Shown: one piece after another, positions 51,608-60,652 of the stretch
Layout: each line of letters starts with the position of its first letter
How positions within the stretch are numbered: the stretch's first letter is position 1
From: Candidatus Coatesbacteria bacterium
Lineage (GTDB): Bacteria; JAFGND01
Assembly: GCA_016927185.1 (NCBI GenBank)
Contig: JAFGND010000057.1
Span: 1 to 64,000, forward strand
Reading direction: 5' to 3'
DNA length: 64,000 bases
The notes under the pieces: model-generated
The model's database searches: none
What the model was told of the DNA's origin: nothing
What the model saw: the letters and a program-made list of their open reading frames with translations, nothing else
Program-made: the position numbers and the translations under genes

Positions 51608-52586
51608 AACTAACTCTCAACATTTTTCTTATTTTTTCCCTGGACATTTTGTTTATCATACCGACAAAAAGAATCCGAAGTATTTTTATCTCATTTTCTC
51701 TTGCCAGAAGGAAAGCATAGAAAGGTTCAGGGGCAAAAGACAGATACTTGGCATTCTGTAGTTTCTTGAGAAGGAAATTATCTTTCCCTTTCTCCATGAT
51801 TTCAAGTGTTTTTTCCTTTTGATATTCCTCAAGAGCAGTTTCAATGAGAGATTTATACCTGTTTGAAAAATCGGAGGATTTCAGCATCTCTTCCTTCCAG
51901 AGATTGAGAAAAACACTCTTTTCCAGATATCCTCCATAAACGAATGAGTATTTGAATAATTCTATTTCATCTGAATCCAGTTTGAATCTCAGGAAGGAAC
52001 ATATGTTTGTGAGATCAATCCATGATTTATGGAAGTCTTTCAGCAACAAATAATGGTCTGACTGCTCCAATGCATAGTGCAGATATGATTTGTCCAGCCT
52101 TGTTTCTATCTCGAACAGGTTTATGTTTTTCTTATCCTTGATTATGCTATCCAGTGTTTCCTTTAGAGCATTGTTTAATTTTGGCTTGCTTTCTTCATTA
52201 ATATAGGATTTCAAATCATCTATTGATATAAGACCTATATCTTTATATAGATTTTCAGTTTGTACATCAAGTATTGAACTTTTCATCAAAGCTTTTGCAT
52301 TGAAGAAATCATATTTCAGGAAGAATAAATTGGTAATATTTGGTTCAGGAGTTATCTCTTTTATGAAATTACATTCTCTCTGGAAAGTCAGGGAAAGAAT
52401 ATTTTCGAAAGAAGATGGAGTAGTCTCTTCAGTTATGAAATCTCCATAGATTGTTTCTCTTAACAAATTCAACAAGGCATATTCATTTTCAGCATCAGCA
52501 AGTGAATTGATCTTGTGTCTGTCAATGATGGTGTTTTCTTTTGCCCTTAAAGCTCCAGTTGGATAAGCATATTTGCTGTCACCCAT
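51600..52586 (-). CDS. ntpC: V/A-type ATP synthase subunit C
   Basis: YAYP..ALRAKE, IDLTN and ENEIKILR motifs; operon position. Confidence 0.9.
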   Translation of the reverse strand: MGDSKYAYPTGALRAKENTIIDRHKINSLADAENEYALLNLLRETIYGDFITEETTPSSFENILSLTFQRECNFIKEITPEPNITNLFFLKYDFFNAKALMKSSILDVQTENLYKDIGLISIDDLKSYINEESKPKLNNALKETLDSIIKDKKNINLFEIETRLDKSYLHYALEQSDHYLLLKDFHKSWIDLTNICSFLRFKLDSDEIELFKYSFVYGGYLEKSVFLNLWKEEMLKSSDFSNRYKSLIETALEEYQKEKTLEIMEKGKDNFLLKKLQNAKYLSFAPEPFYAFLLARENEIKILRILFVGMINKMSREKIRKMLRVSYV

Positions 52587-53212
52587 TATATTACATCCTT
52601 CCTGTCAGGATTCCTGAACAGATTTTCCGCGACTATCAATTCCAGCTTATTCTGTTTCTCTTTTACCATACTGACTAATGTCATATCTATTCTTATTTTT
52701 CCTCTTTCGAGTATGAAACCTCCAAGAAGATCATCTGCCAAAAATTGTGATGAAATTCTCAGATTCCCTTGCAGATTATGTTGAATGAGAAAAGCATTTA
52801 TTGAGGCAAGAAAATCTGAATCCAGTCTTTCCCTGTCTCTTTTTGTTATGAAGATGGTTTCATTACCTGTTTCCACAGATTGCTTCAGCCAGCTTTTCAT
52901 GATTTCCTTGTATTCAACATCTGGGAGAGCTACTATCTTCTCCATGACTTTCTCTATTATTTTAGAGCATGCTTTTTGTTTTCTTGCCAGAATTCTCTTT
53001 CTCTGCTCAAGATAAGCGTTCAACAAGTGCTGCTTCTTGAAAGATTCCCTTTCTCTTTCTCCCTCCTTCAGTATGATATTTGCTTTCTCGTTAGCCTTTT
53101 TCTCGAAGCTCTCCATAATCTCCCTGGATTTAAGAATCCCAAGATTCTTCAGCTTTTCCAGTTCTTTCTTGTTTTCAATTTCAACAGTCTTAAGTATTTC
53201 TTCAAATGACAT
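52586..53212 (-). CDS. ntpE: V/A-type ATP synthase subunit E
   Basis: Coiled-coil N-terminus; GGFIL motif; operon position. Confidence 0.88.
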   Translation of the reverse strand: MSFEEILKTVEIENKKELEKLKNLGILKSREIMESFEKKANEKANIILKEGERERESFKKQHLLNAYLEQRKRILARKQKACSKIIEKVMEKIVALPDVEYKEIMKSWLKQSVETGNETIFITKRDRERLDSDFLASINAFLIQHNLQGNLRISSQFLADDLLGGFILERGKIRIDMTLVSMVKEKQNKLELIVAENLFRNPDRKDVI

Positions 53213-53213
53213 A

Positions 53214-53780
53214 TTACATCTTTACTGCATTTATAAGGAAGAATGATACAAGCAATCCCAGAACAGCATAGAATTCAACAAAAACACCCATTACAATAGC
53301 TTTTCCGCTTTCCTTGCTTTGTTTTGCAACCATGTATATTCCATTTGCACATACTTTTCCTTGATAAACTGCAGAAAGGAAGCAAGCGAAAGCTACTGGT
53401 AGTGCTGCAAAAAAGAAATACCATCCCTGATCTGGCGTGATAGCTTTCAAGGGTCCTTTGAAAGCTCCTATTCTTTGTAGGATCAAGAACGCAGCTACAA
53501 ATCCATAAATACCTTGTGTACCTGGCAATGCGATAAGTACAAGGTATCTTCCAAATCCTGCCGGATTCTCACTCATAACACCTGCAGCAGCAGATGCAGA
53601 TAATCCTATTCCCATGGAAGAACCAATTCCTGCAAGGAAAACAGAGATCGCAGCTCCGAATGCTGCCAATGCCAACCCCCAGGAACTAGGTAAGTTGGTA
53701 ACTGATATGCCAGTTTGTTCCTCTGCGAGAATTAAACCTGCAGTTACAATCAAAAAGAGAACTATCAATCGTGATTTCAT
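53214..53780 (-). CDS. ntpK: V/A-type ATP synthase proteolipid subunit K (4-TM, Na+-type)
   Basis: LPGTQGIYG, YQG and VEFYA motifs; extra N-terminal signal-like segment. Confidence 0.93.
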   Translation of the reverse strand: MKSRLIVLFLIVTAGLILAEEQTGISVTNLPSSWGLALAAFGAAISVFLAGIGSSMGIGLSASAAAGVMSENPAGFGRYLVLIALPGTQGIYGFVAAFLILQRIGAFKGPLKAITPDQGWYFFFAALPVAFACFLSAVYQGKVCANGIYMVAKQSKESGKAIVMGVFVEFYAVLGLLVSFFLINAVKM

Positions 53781-53799
53781 TAAGAAACCTCCTTAAGGC

Positions 53800-55722
53800 T
53801 TAATCAGCAAAATAAGTATATTGTCTTTCTTCTTTAAACAGAGTGAATTCCTTTCCTCCCCCTTCATAGAATGTATTGAAAAATTCAACATATTGAAGTC
53901 TTGTTGAATGTATCATAGCTCCAAGTGCATTTATTAAAATATTCGCAGTATGACCAATAATGAATATAAGAACGGCAAAAATAATTCCGATCTTGGGAAT
54001 TTGTGCGATGCTTTCTGCAATTATATTTACTGTCATTGCAACTACTCCAGTAGCAATGCCCAATGCCAGCAAACGGGCGTATGATAATATATCGGATAAA
54101 GTACCAGAGAGAGCTCCATATAGAGTAAAAAGACCATTCCCAATTCTGGCAACAATGTTTTTTTGCCCTCTGTCAGCAAGCAATACAATAAGGATGAGTC
54201 CGGAAATAAGCAAATAATTACCTGTCTTCATCACAATATCTGGAATTCCCTGAATATTGAAAAGAAAGGTAGCAAGAAATAATACGAAACCAGGGATGAA
54301 TGTTAACCATGGAAGAGCAACTTGTATTCCCTGAATAAATCCTTCTGCCTTCCAAACCTGATAAATATTTATCAATTTTCCGGTAAATATATGTATTACT
54401 CCTATTCCCAATGTGATATAGAAGAAGAGCAGGAGATTATCAAGAGGATTCATGACTCTCAGTTTTTGTGCAATATTTGCAAAGAAACTGAGAGCTGGCT
54501 TTGGATTGTCAATGTCAATTCCAAAAAAACCTCCCACTAAAGTCCCTATAAGAACCGTTGATAATCCGCATATCAGAAGAATTCCAAGAAGGCTCTTGTT
54601 TTCTCCTTTTATGCTATATCTAATGAATAACCAGATACAGAAAGCGGAAACTACTATCCCATAACCTGCATCAGTCAAGCATACGCCAAAAAAGGTTGCA
54701 AAAAATGGCATAATAAATGGTGAAGGATCTACCTCATCTTTTTTGGGTAATGCAAATAATTCTGTAACATAACTGAAAGGTTCAACCACCTTGTTATTAT
54801 CAAGAATCGTGGGTGGATTTTCGTCATCCAGAGGTTCCCTGCAAGAAATATAAACCGGTTGAAGATCTTCAACTACTGCTTCCAGATCTTTCAAGTTTTT
54901 CTCAGCTATCCAGCCTTCAATGAAGAAGATTTTCTCGGTTGTTTGAAGGAATGGAAAAATCTCCCTGCATTTCTTGTAATTCCAGTAATAGTCATATGCT
55001 GCAAGAAAATCACTGGCATGCTTTTCTGACATTCTATTCAGTCTTGAAGCAAGTTCATTTTCCTTACTCTGGATCTTCTCTATTTTGTTCTTCCAGCTAG
55101 TTATATGATCCATAATAAAACCTTTTTTCACTGGAAGGGAGACAGAAGTAAAACCGGAGGATTTAAGTATCTCGTTTGCCTCTTTAAAAGTGTCATTTGT
55201 ACATAAAATCCAGATCCTGTTTTCCTTGTTTGATGTATCAACTATCTTATAGAAGAAGTTTTTTATTGAATCCAGATTATGGGTTGTTATCTGGGGAATT
55301 GAGCCGATAAAACTTTTGCCATGAGCAAAATCTCCGAGATCTTCAAGGGAAACTTCAAGTTTGTTCCATCTTTCAAGTTGATTTAGCTCCTGCTGAAGTT
55401 TCTGTCTTTCTATGATTATTTTTGCTCTCTCTGCCTCTATATCCAGTATTTCATTTTTTGCATTTTCAAGCGAATCAAGCGGTTTTAGCAGAAGCTTGGT
55501 ATCAACTATTTCATTCTGGAGTGACAGAATATTTATTATATTCCTGTATTCCCTTATCTTTTCTTCCGTTTCCTTGAAGTCTTCTTTAGGATAAATCTCT
55601 GCCTGGATTTCCCTTGGATTGCTTATTTCAAGCTTCCCGAATTTCTGAAGTGAAGAAATAATTATATTCTCTTTTTCCCTGCTTGCAGCAATAAAGAAAC
55701 GCTTTACCTTAGCTTTGGCCAC
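53800..55722 (-). CDS. ntpI: V/A-type ATP synthase subunit I
   Basis: PPT, DAGYG, SDILSYARLLALG and HSTRLQYVEFF motifs. Confidence 0.95.
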   Translation of the reverse strand: MAKAKVKRFFIAASREKENIIISSLQKFGKLEISNPREIQAEIYPKEDFKETEEKIREYRNIINILSLQNEIVDTKLLLKPLDSLENAKNEILDIEAERAKIIIERQKLQQELNQLERWNKLEVSLEDLGDFAHGKSFIGSIPQITTHNLDSIKNFFYKIVDTSNKENRIWILCTNDTFKEANEILKSSGFTSVSLPVKKGFIMDHITSWKNKIEKIQSKENELASRLNRMSEKHASDFLAAYDYYWNYKKCREIFPFLQTTEKIFFIEGWIAEKNLKDLEAVVEDLQPVYISCREPLDDENPPTILDNNKVVEPFSYVTELFALPKKDEVDPSPFIMPFFATFFGVCLTDAGYGIVVSAFCIWLFIRYSIKGENKSLLGILLICGLSTVLIGTLVGGFFGIDIDNPKPALSFFANIAQKLRVMNPLDNLLLFFYITLGIGVIHIFTGKLINIYQVWKAEGFIQGIQVALPWLTFIPGFVLFLATFLFNIQGIPDIVMKTGNYLLISGLILIVLLADRGQKNIVARIGNGLFTLYGALSGTLSDILSYARLLALGIATGVVAMTVNIIAESIAQIPKIGIIFAVLIFIIGHTANILINALGAMIHSTRLQYVEFFNTFYEGGGKEFTLFKEERQYTYFAD

Positions 55723-56029
55723 TTTGAATTTCCCTGTAGACTAACAAAAAAGTTTCTTTGTAATTATTCTTTATGGCTTCATCAATTTGCTTTAGCTGCT
55801 CATCAGTTTGTTTATCAAGATCTTCTATTTCATTTTCTAACTGATTTTTCAAGTTTTCCATTAAATCGTTATTGATCATCTCTGTTTCTTTAGTTTTCTG
55901 TATAATATATTTCTCGCCTTCCATTTTAGTTTTTTCCAGAAGTTCCCTGTTTTCCATCTCCTGTTTCTCTTTTTCTTTCTTGAAAAAACCCTCTACTTCC
56001 TTTACTTTGTCTATCTCAAAGTAAGACAT
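55709..56029 (-). CDS. V/A-type ATP synthase peripheral stalk subunit G/H
   Basis: 106-aa charged coiled coil directly upstream of subunit I. Confidence 0.7.
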   Translation of the reverse strand: MSYFEIDKVKEVEGFFKKEKEKQEMENRELLEKTKMEGEKYIIQKTKETEMINNDLMENLKNQLENEIEDLDKQTDEQLKQIDEAIKNNYKETFLLVYREIQSGQS

Positions 56030-57945
56030 TATTTACCTTCTTTTATCTGTTCACTAATTTTTTTCAAGAAATCCTGCAGGTTCATTTGTCCCAGATCTCC
56101 TTCGGCATAGCTTCTAACACTGACTACATTATTCTGTGCCTCTTTCTCGCCAATAACTAATATATAAGGTGTTTTTTCAGTTATTGCTTCCCTTAATTTG
56201 AAGCCAAGTTTTTCGTTCCGGAAGTCAGATTTTACTCTTAACTGATTGTATTTCAGTTCTTTAATGATTTCCTCCGCGCAATCTATTACTTCATCTTTTA
56301 TAGTGAGTACTCTTACCTGTTCAGGTGACAGCCAAACTGGAAAAGCGCCAGCATAATGTTCGAGGAGATTTCCAATGAAACGTTCTATTGCTCCGAGAAC
56401 AGTCCTGTGGATCATTATTACTTGTTCTTCATTTCCTTCCCTGTTCCTGAAAGTGACATCAAATCTTTCAGGCAGATTGAAATCAAACTGCGTTGTTGGT
56501 CCCTGCCATGAATTCCCAATTGCATCTATCAATTTGATATCTATCTTGGGACCATAGAAAGCTGCTTCTCCGCAAGCTTCCTTGAAGGGGAGATTCATGT
56601 CATTCAAGGACTTTCTCAATACCTCTTCTGCATACAGCCATTTATCTTCATTCCCGGCATATTTTTTTGTGGAAGCTGGATCATGCAGTGATAATTCAAT
56701 TTTATAATCATTGAAACCGAATCTTTTCAGCATGAACAAAGCTAAATCAACCACTTTTTTTACTTCAGTTTCCGCTTGTTCCTTTGTACAGAATATATGT
56801 GCATCATCCTGGGTAAATCCTCTTACCCGCAAAAGACCATGCAATGCACCAGATTTCTCATATCTGTAAACAGTTCCCAGCTCAGCGAATTTTATTGGAA
56901 GCTCCCTATAACTGTGAATTTTGCTCTTATATATAAGTATATGACCTGGACAATTCATTGGCTTGATAACATATTCCTGATTCTCAATTTCAAACCTGTA
57001 CATATTTTCCAGGAAATAGTCATAATGTCCTGAGATCTTCCATAAATCGGATCTGTAAATATGAGGAGTCCATATAAGTTCATATCCTCTTGATTGATGC
57101 TCATTAATCCAGAAATTCTCGATAATCCTTCTTAGAATAGCACCTTTTGGATGGAATAGAGGCAGACCTGCTCCACTTTCTTCATGAAATGAAAATAAAT
57201 CAAGGTTCTTGCCTAAGATTCTGTGATCCCTTCTCTTGATTTCTTCCTGTCTCACTATATATTCATCAAGTTCTTCCTTTGAAGGGAATGAAATTCCGTA
57301 TATTCTCTGCAGCATCTTATTTTTTTCATCGCCTCTCCAGTATGCACCAGCAAGGGATAAGATCTTGAATACCTTGACTTTGCCAGTACTTCGAAGATGA
57401 GGTCCTCTGCACAAATCAACAAATCCGTTTTGCTTGTAGAAGGAAAAAGTATCACTTTCAAGATCATCAATCAGCTCCTTCTTGTAGAATTCATTGTTAC
57501 TTTCGACAAATTCTATAGCTTTTTTCCTCTCTAAAACAAAACGCTCTATTATCAAATCATCCTTTATTATCTTGCTACATTGTTTCTCTATCTTCTTCAG
57601 ATCTTCTTCTGTAAAGGGGGTATCCCTGTCAAAGTCATAGTAAAATCCTTCCTTGATTGAGGGACCTATTGCGAGTTTTGTTTCCGGGAAGAGCTGCTTG
57701 ACAGCCTGAGCAAGGATATGAGAAGAAGTATGCCAGTAGATTGACTTACCTATCTCATCCTCGAATAATATGGGCTTCACAATTCCATCATTTTCAGGAA
57801 TAAAGGAAAGATCAACTGGAATGTCATTGAAATAGGCAGCCAGTACTTTATCCAGATCCTTGAACTCCATATCTTTCATTATCTGATAAACGGACTTTTC
57901 CCTATCAACAAAATCCACTGTTTTGTCATTTATTTCGATTTTCAT
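56029..57945 (-). CDS. thrS: Threonine--tRNA ligase
   Basis: HTSSH, DLCRGPH, RDHR, KPMNCPGH, RVRGFTQDDAH and FYGPKID motifs. Confidence 0.97.
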   Translation of the reverse strand: MKIEINDKTVDFVDREKSVYQIMKDMEFKDLDKVLAAYFNDIPVDLSFIPENDGIVKPILFEDEIGKSIYWHTSSHILAQAVKQLFPETKLAIGPSIKEGFYYDFDRDTPFTEEDLKKIEKQCSKIIKDDLIIERFVLERKKAIEFVESNNEFYKKELIDDLESDTFSFYKQNGFVDLCRGPHLRSTGKVKVFKILSLAGAYWRGDEKNKMLQRIYGISFPSKEELDEYIVRQEEIKRRDHRILGKNLDLFSFHEESGAGLPLFHPKGAILRRIIENFWINEHQSRGYELIWTPHIYRSDLWKISGHYDYFLENMYRFEIENQEYVIKPMNCPGHILIYKSKIHSYRELPIKFAELGTVYRYEKSGALHGLLRVRGFTQDDAHIFCTKEQAETEVKKVVDLALFMLKRFGFNDYKIELSLHDPASTKKYAGNEDKWLYAEEVLRKSLNDMNLPFKEACGEAAFYGPKIDIKLIDAIGNSWQGPTTQFDFNLPERFDVTFRNREGNEEQVIMIHRTVLGAIERFIGNLLEHYAGAFPVWLSPEQVRVLTIKDEVIDCAEEIIKELKYNQLRVKSDFRNEKLGFKLREAITEKTPYILVIGEKEAQNNVVSVRSYAEGDLGQMNLQDFLKKISEQIKEGK

Positions 57946-58143
57946 TGTATTTCTCGCTTTGATTTACTTGAAGCCAAACCTTAATATTTAATGCTTTTGT
58001 CAATAGAAAATGCATATTCATAAAGGTAAAGCAAATTCCATCGGCTTATTCAAGCATCATTTTCAGTATATTATTTAAAAAGCATTTGCATTTAAGGCTT
58101 GAAATCGATTGACAAATAAACACTAAATGGAGGTTTTGGGATT

Positions 58144-59868
58144 ATGAATTCATATGAGAATACGTTTGGAATAGTAGGATATTTCACTCCTCCAAGTATC
58201 AAGGCAGAAGATTCTGAAAACAGGCATTTCCTGGCATACAGGTTGCCTTCAAACACCATTAGAAGTGATACAGGTTTGCTGTCAGGCTTCAATGGGCAGA
58301 AGGTTGCAGTAGATGGTTATGCTTCACCAGGTTTTTATCATAAGATTAATTTACTGATTACTGACAAAAATCTTAAATCAAGTGAAGTGGGAACCAAACT
58401 TCTGGAATTGATATCAGAAGAAGATTATTCATTATCCCTGGCATACATCTCTCCACATGATAATAATTTCCTTATTGCTGCTGATAGAACAGGCTCACAA
58501 TCACTTTATTACAGCACTCCAATATCACAGAAAATATTCTTCGGGACAGATATAAGGTTAATTCTATATCACAACAAGAATTTGCTTAAGATTGATCAAG
58601 CATCAGTCTTGACAAGACTCTTGATAGGCTACCCATTATTGGATGATACATTATTTCAAAATATCAAGCAGCTTGAACCTGGTGAGTATATATGGCATCA
58701 AGGGAATAGACTATTGAGGGGATTTCACTGGAAACCGATTAAAAAGACTGCATTGAATGATGAAGAAGTGATTCCTGAGGCAAAGAAGGTATTAAAGCAG
58801 ATATTCTCTTTCCTGACAAATGAGGAAGATTATGTATTAACCTTAAGTGGAGGTTCAGATAGCAGATTTTTGCTTGCAGCAATGATTTTCTCTGGTTATA
58901 ATCCAGCAATATGCAGTTTTGGTCGCAAGAGCTCCCTGGCAATATCCATTTCCGAAGAGATTGCTAATAAATTCAAACTTGAATACCAGAAAATAATCCT
59001 GAATAAGAAATTTCTTTCTGATTTGGCTGAAAATGCAGTCGAAATATCCTCCTTGTCAATGGGGATGCTTAACTGGAATTATGCACATGCCCTGGGAGTA
59101 TTGAAATCAATCACTCCATTTAGTAAACTCTTGATCAGTGGCTCATGGGCATGGGATACGAGGGGGAAATGGGAAAAAGGTTTTTCTTTCATGGAGAAGG
59201 ATGGGAAACATTGGCAATTAGAAGATTTCTGCAGCTTTGATGACTGGAAGGATTTAATAGCTACTGATTTTATTGAAGAATCAAAAGAGAAAATAAACAG
59301 ATCCCTGCAAAGAGCAGAAGAGAGATATAAAAGCATTGAATCTTCAGAAAGGGCAAAAGTATTTGCAGCTAACCATAAAAACATGAAAAGAATGGGACCT
59401 TTGACTTATACAATATCAGCTTTTGTTCAACCTTTCTATCCTTTGCACTCGAAAAGCTGGATTGAGTTTTCGTTATCCCTGCCTGATGCTTACAATAGAA
59501 ACGAGAAACTCATTTGGGATTTCATAAAAGAATCGATCCCTGATTTGATGGAATTTGAAAGAGATTACAGAGGAATTTCCATAAGTTCTGGCTATAATCC
59601 AATTTCATGGTTGACTCATTCCATAGCTTTAAAAATAGGTGTGGGTGAAAAACCTAAGCTTCCAACTGATTATGGTAAATGGACAGGAAAATACTTGAGA
59701 TTATCGATGAAGGAAATATGGAATAATATCGGTCCAGGTTATGGCTGGATACTCAATAAGGAATTTATTAATAAAGTTCTGGACAAAGAAGAGATGTGTT
59801 TGAAATATAGCAAGCAACTAAACAGGATTTTTTCTTTGTTAAGTTTTTTGCAAAATATCTCATCTTGA
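58144..59868 (+). CDS. Asparagine synthetase-related (AsnB-like) protein with a degenerate glutaminase domain
   Basis: DRTGSQSLYY, TLFQNIKQLEPG and LSGGSDSR PP-loop motifs; no N-terminal Cys. Confidence 0.75.
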   Translation: MNSYENTFGIVGYFTPPSIKAEDSENRHFLAYRLPSNTIRSDTGLLSGFNGQKVAVDGYASPGFYHKINLLITDKNLKSSEVGTKLLELISEEDYSLSLAYISPHDNNFLIAADRTGSQSLYYSTPISQKIFFGTDIRLILYHNKNLLKIDQASVLTRLLIGYPLLDDTLFQNIKQLEPGEYIWHQGNRLLRGFHWKPIKKTALNDEEVIPEAKKVLKQIFSFLTNEEDYVLTLSGGSDSRFLLAAMIFSGYNPAICSFGRKSSLAISISEEIANKFKLEYQKIILNKKFLSDLAENAVEISSLSMGMLNWNYAHALGVLKSITPFSKLLISGSWAWDTRGKWEKGFSFMEKDGKHWQLEDFCSFDDWKDLIATDFIEESKEKINRSLQRAEERYKSIESSERAKVFAANHKNMKRMGPLTYTISAFVQPFYPLHSKSWIEFSLSLPDAYNRNEKLIWDFIKESIPDLMEFERDYRGISISSGYNPISWLTHSIALKIGVGEKPKLPTDYGKWTGKYLRLSMKEIWNNIGPGYGWILNKEFINKVLDKEEMCLKYSKQLNRIFSLLSFLQNISS

Positions 59869-59946
59869 ACAGGATGAAAAGGATTTTTCTCCGTATATAT
59901 TTATGGAGATGATTTATAAACAAAATTAAGAATAATAGGAGGAAAA

Positions 59947-60615
59947 ATGAAAAAATTGTTAGTAACAATCATTGCATCGGTCTTTGTATTCTGCATAACT
60001 GCCCCGGCAATTGCTGGAGACGTTCAGGTAAAACTCTCGGATCTGGACAAATCTCTTGAATCTCTGGAGAAAACGAAATACAACATTTTCTTGACTGCAA
60101 AAGATGTAAAGGATATGATCAAGAAGGATAAGAAACTGGAGGGAATTATAAAAGAAGGAACTCCAGTAGTATACAAATACACAAAGAATGCCAAATATGA
60201 CAATATCTTCAAGAAAACAGCAATTCTTTATGCTTCAATAGTCTGGGCAAAATACTTGATTAGTGAAGCAAACAAGGATATTGATGAATATGAAAAGGAT
60301 GGAAAAGGCTGGACAATGTTGAAAGAGCTTAAAACCAAGATGGCAAACATAAAGACAGTTCTTGACAATCAGATCAAGGAAGCTCCACAAATAGTAACAA
60401 GTGTTCAAAGTCTGGTAAAATCACCACCATCACCAAATGATTTTTCAAAGAAAATAATGGGCAAATCAATTCCAGATCCAATAGCATTCAAGGATGCCGG
60501 TTTGGGACTGAAAAAATCAGCAGAACTGTCTGTCAAGTCAGCAAATGACATACCTGGTGTTGCAAGTGATTTTGCAAAACTGGTAACAAGATTTGCTTCC
60601 CTGAAAGGCGAATAA
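59947..60615 (+). CDS. Hypothetical exported helical protein
   Basis: AGGAGG SD; MKK signal peptide with AIA cleavage site. Confidence 0.75.
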   Translation: MKKLLVTIIASVFVFCITAPAIAGDVQVKLSDLDKSLESLEKTKYNIFLTAKDVKDMIKKDKKLEGIIKEGTPVVYKYTKNAKYDNIFKKTAILYASIVWAKYLISEANKDIDEYEKDGKGWTMLKELKTKMANIKTVLDNQIKEAPQIVTSVQSLVKSPPSPNDFSKKIMGKSIPDPIAFKDAGLGLKKSAELSVKSANDIPGVASDFAKLVTRFASLKGE

Positions 60616-60624
60616 GCTTTTTGA

Positions 60625-60652
60625 AAGCCTTGAGGTAAGAAACTCAAGGCTT
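60625..60652. terminator. Probable bidirectional terminator between convergent genes
   Basis: AAGCCTTGAG-GTAAGAAA-CTCAAGGCTT perfect 10-bp stem. Confidence 0.7.

Noticed and set aside
57946-58143. T-box riboswitch upstream of thrS
   Set aside because: The gap is only about 200 nt, is shared with a divergent gene, and shows no T-box consensus or terminator hairpin
58144-60615. Lasso peptide cluster (AsnB-like cyclase)
   Set aside because: No PqqD/RRE protein, transglutaminase-like B protein or plausible precursor ORF nearby
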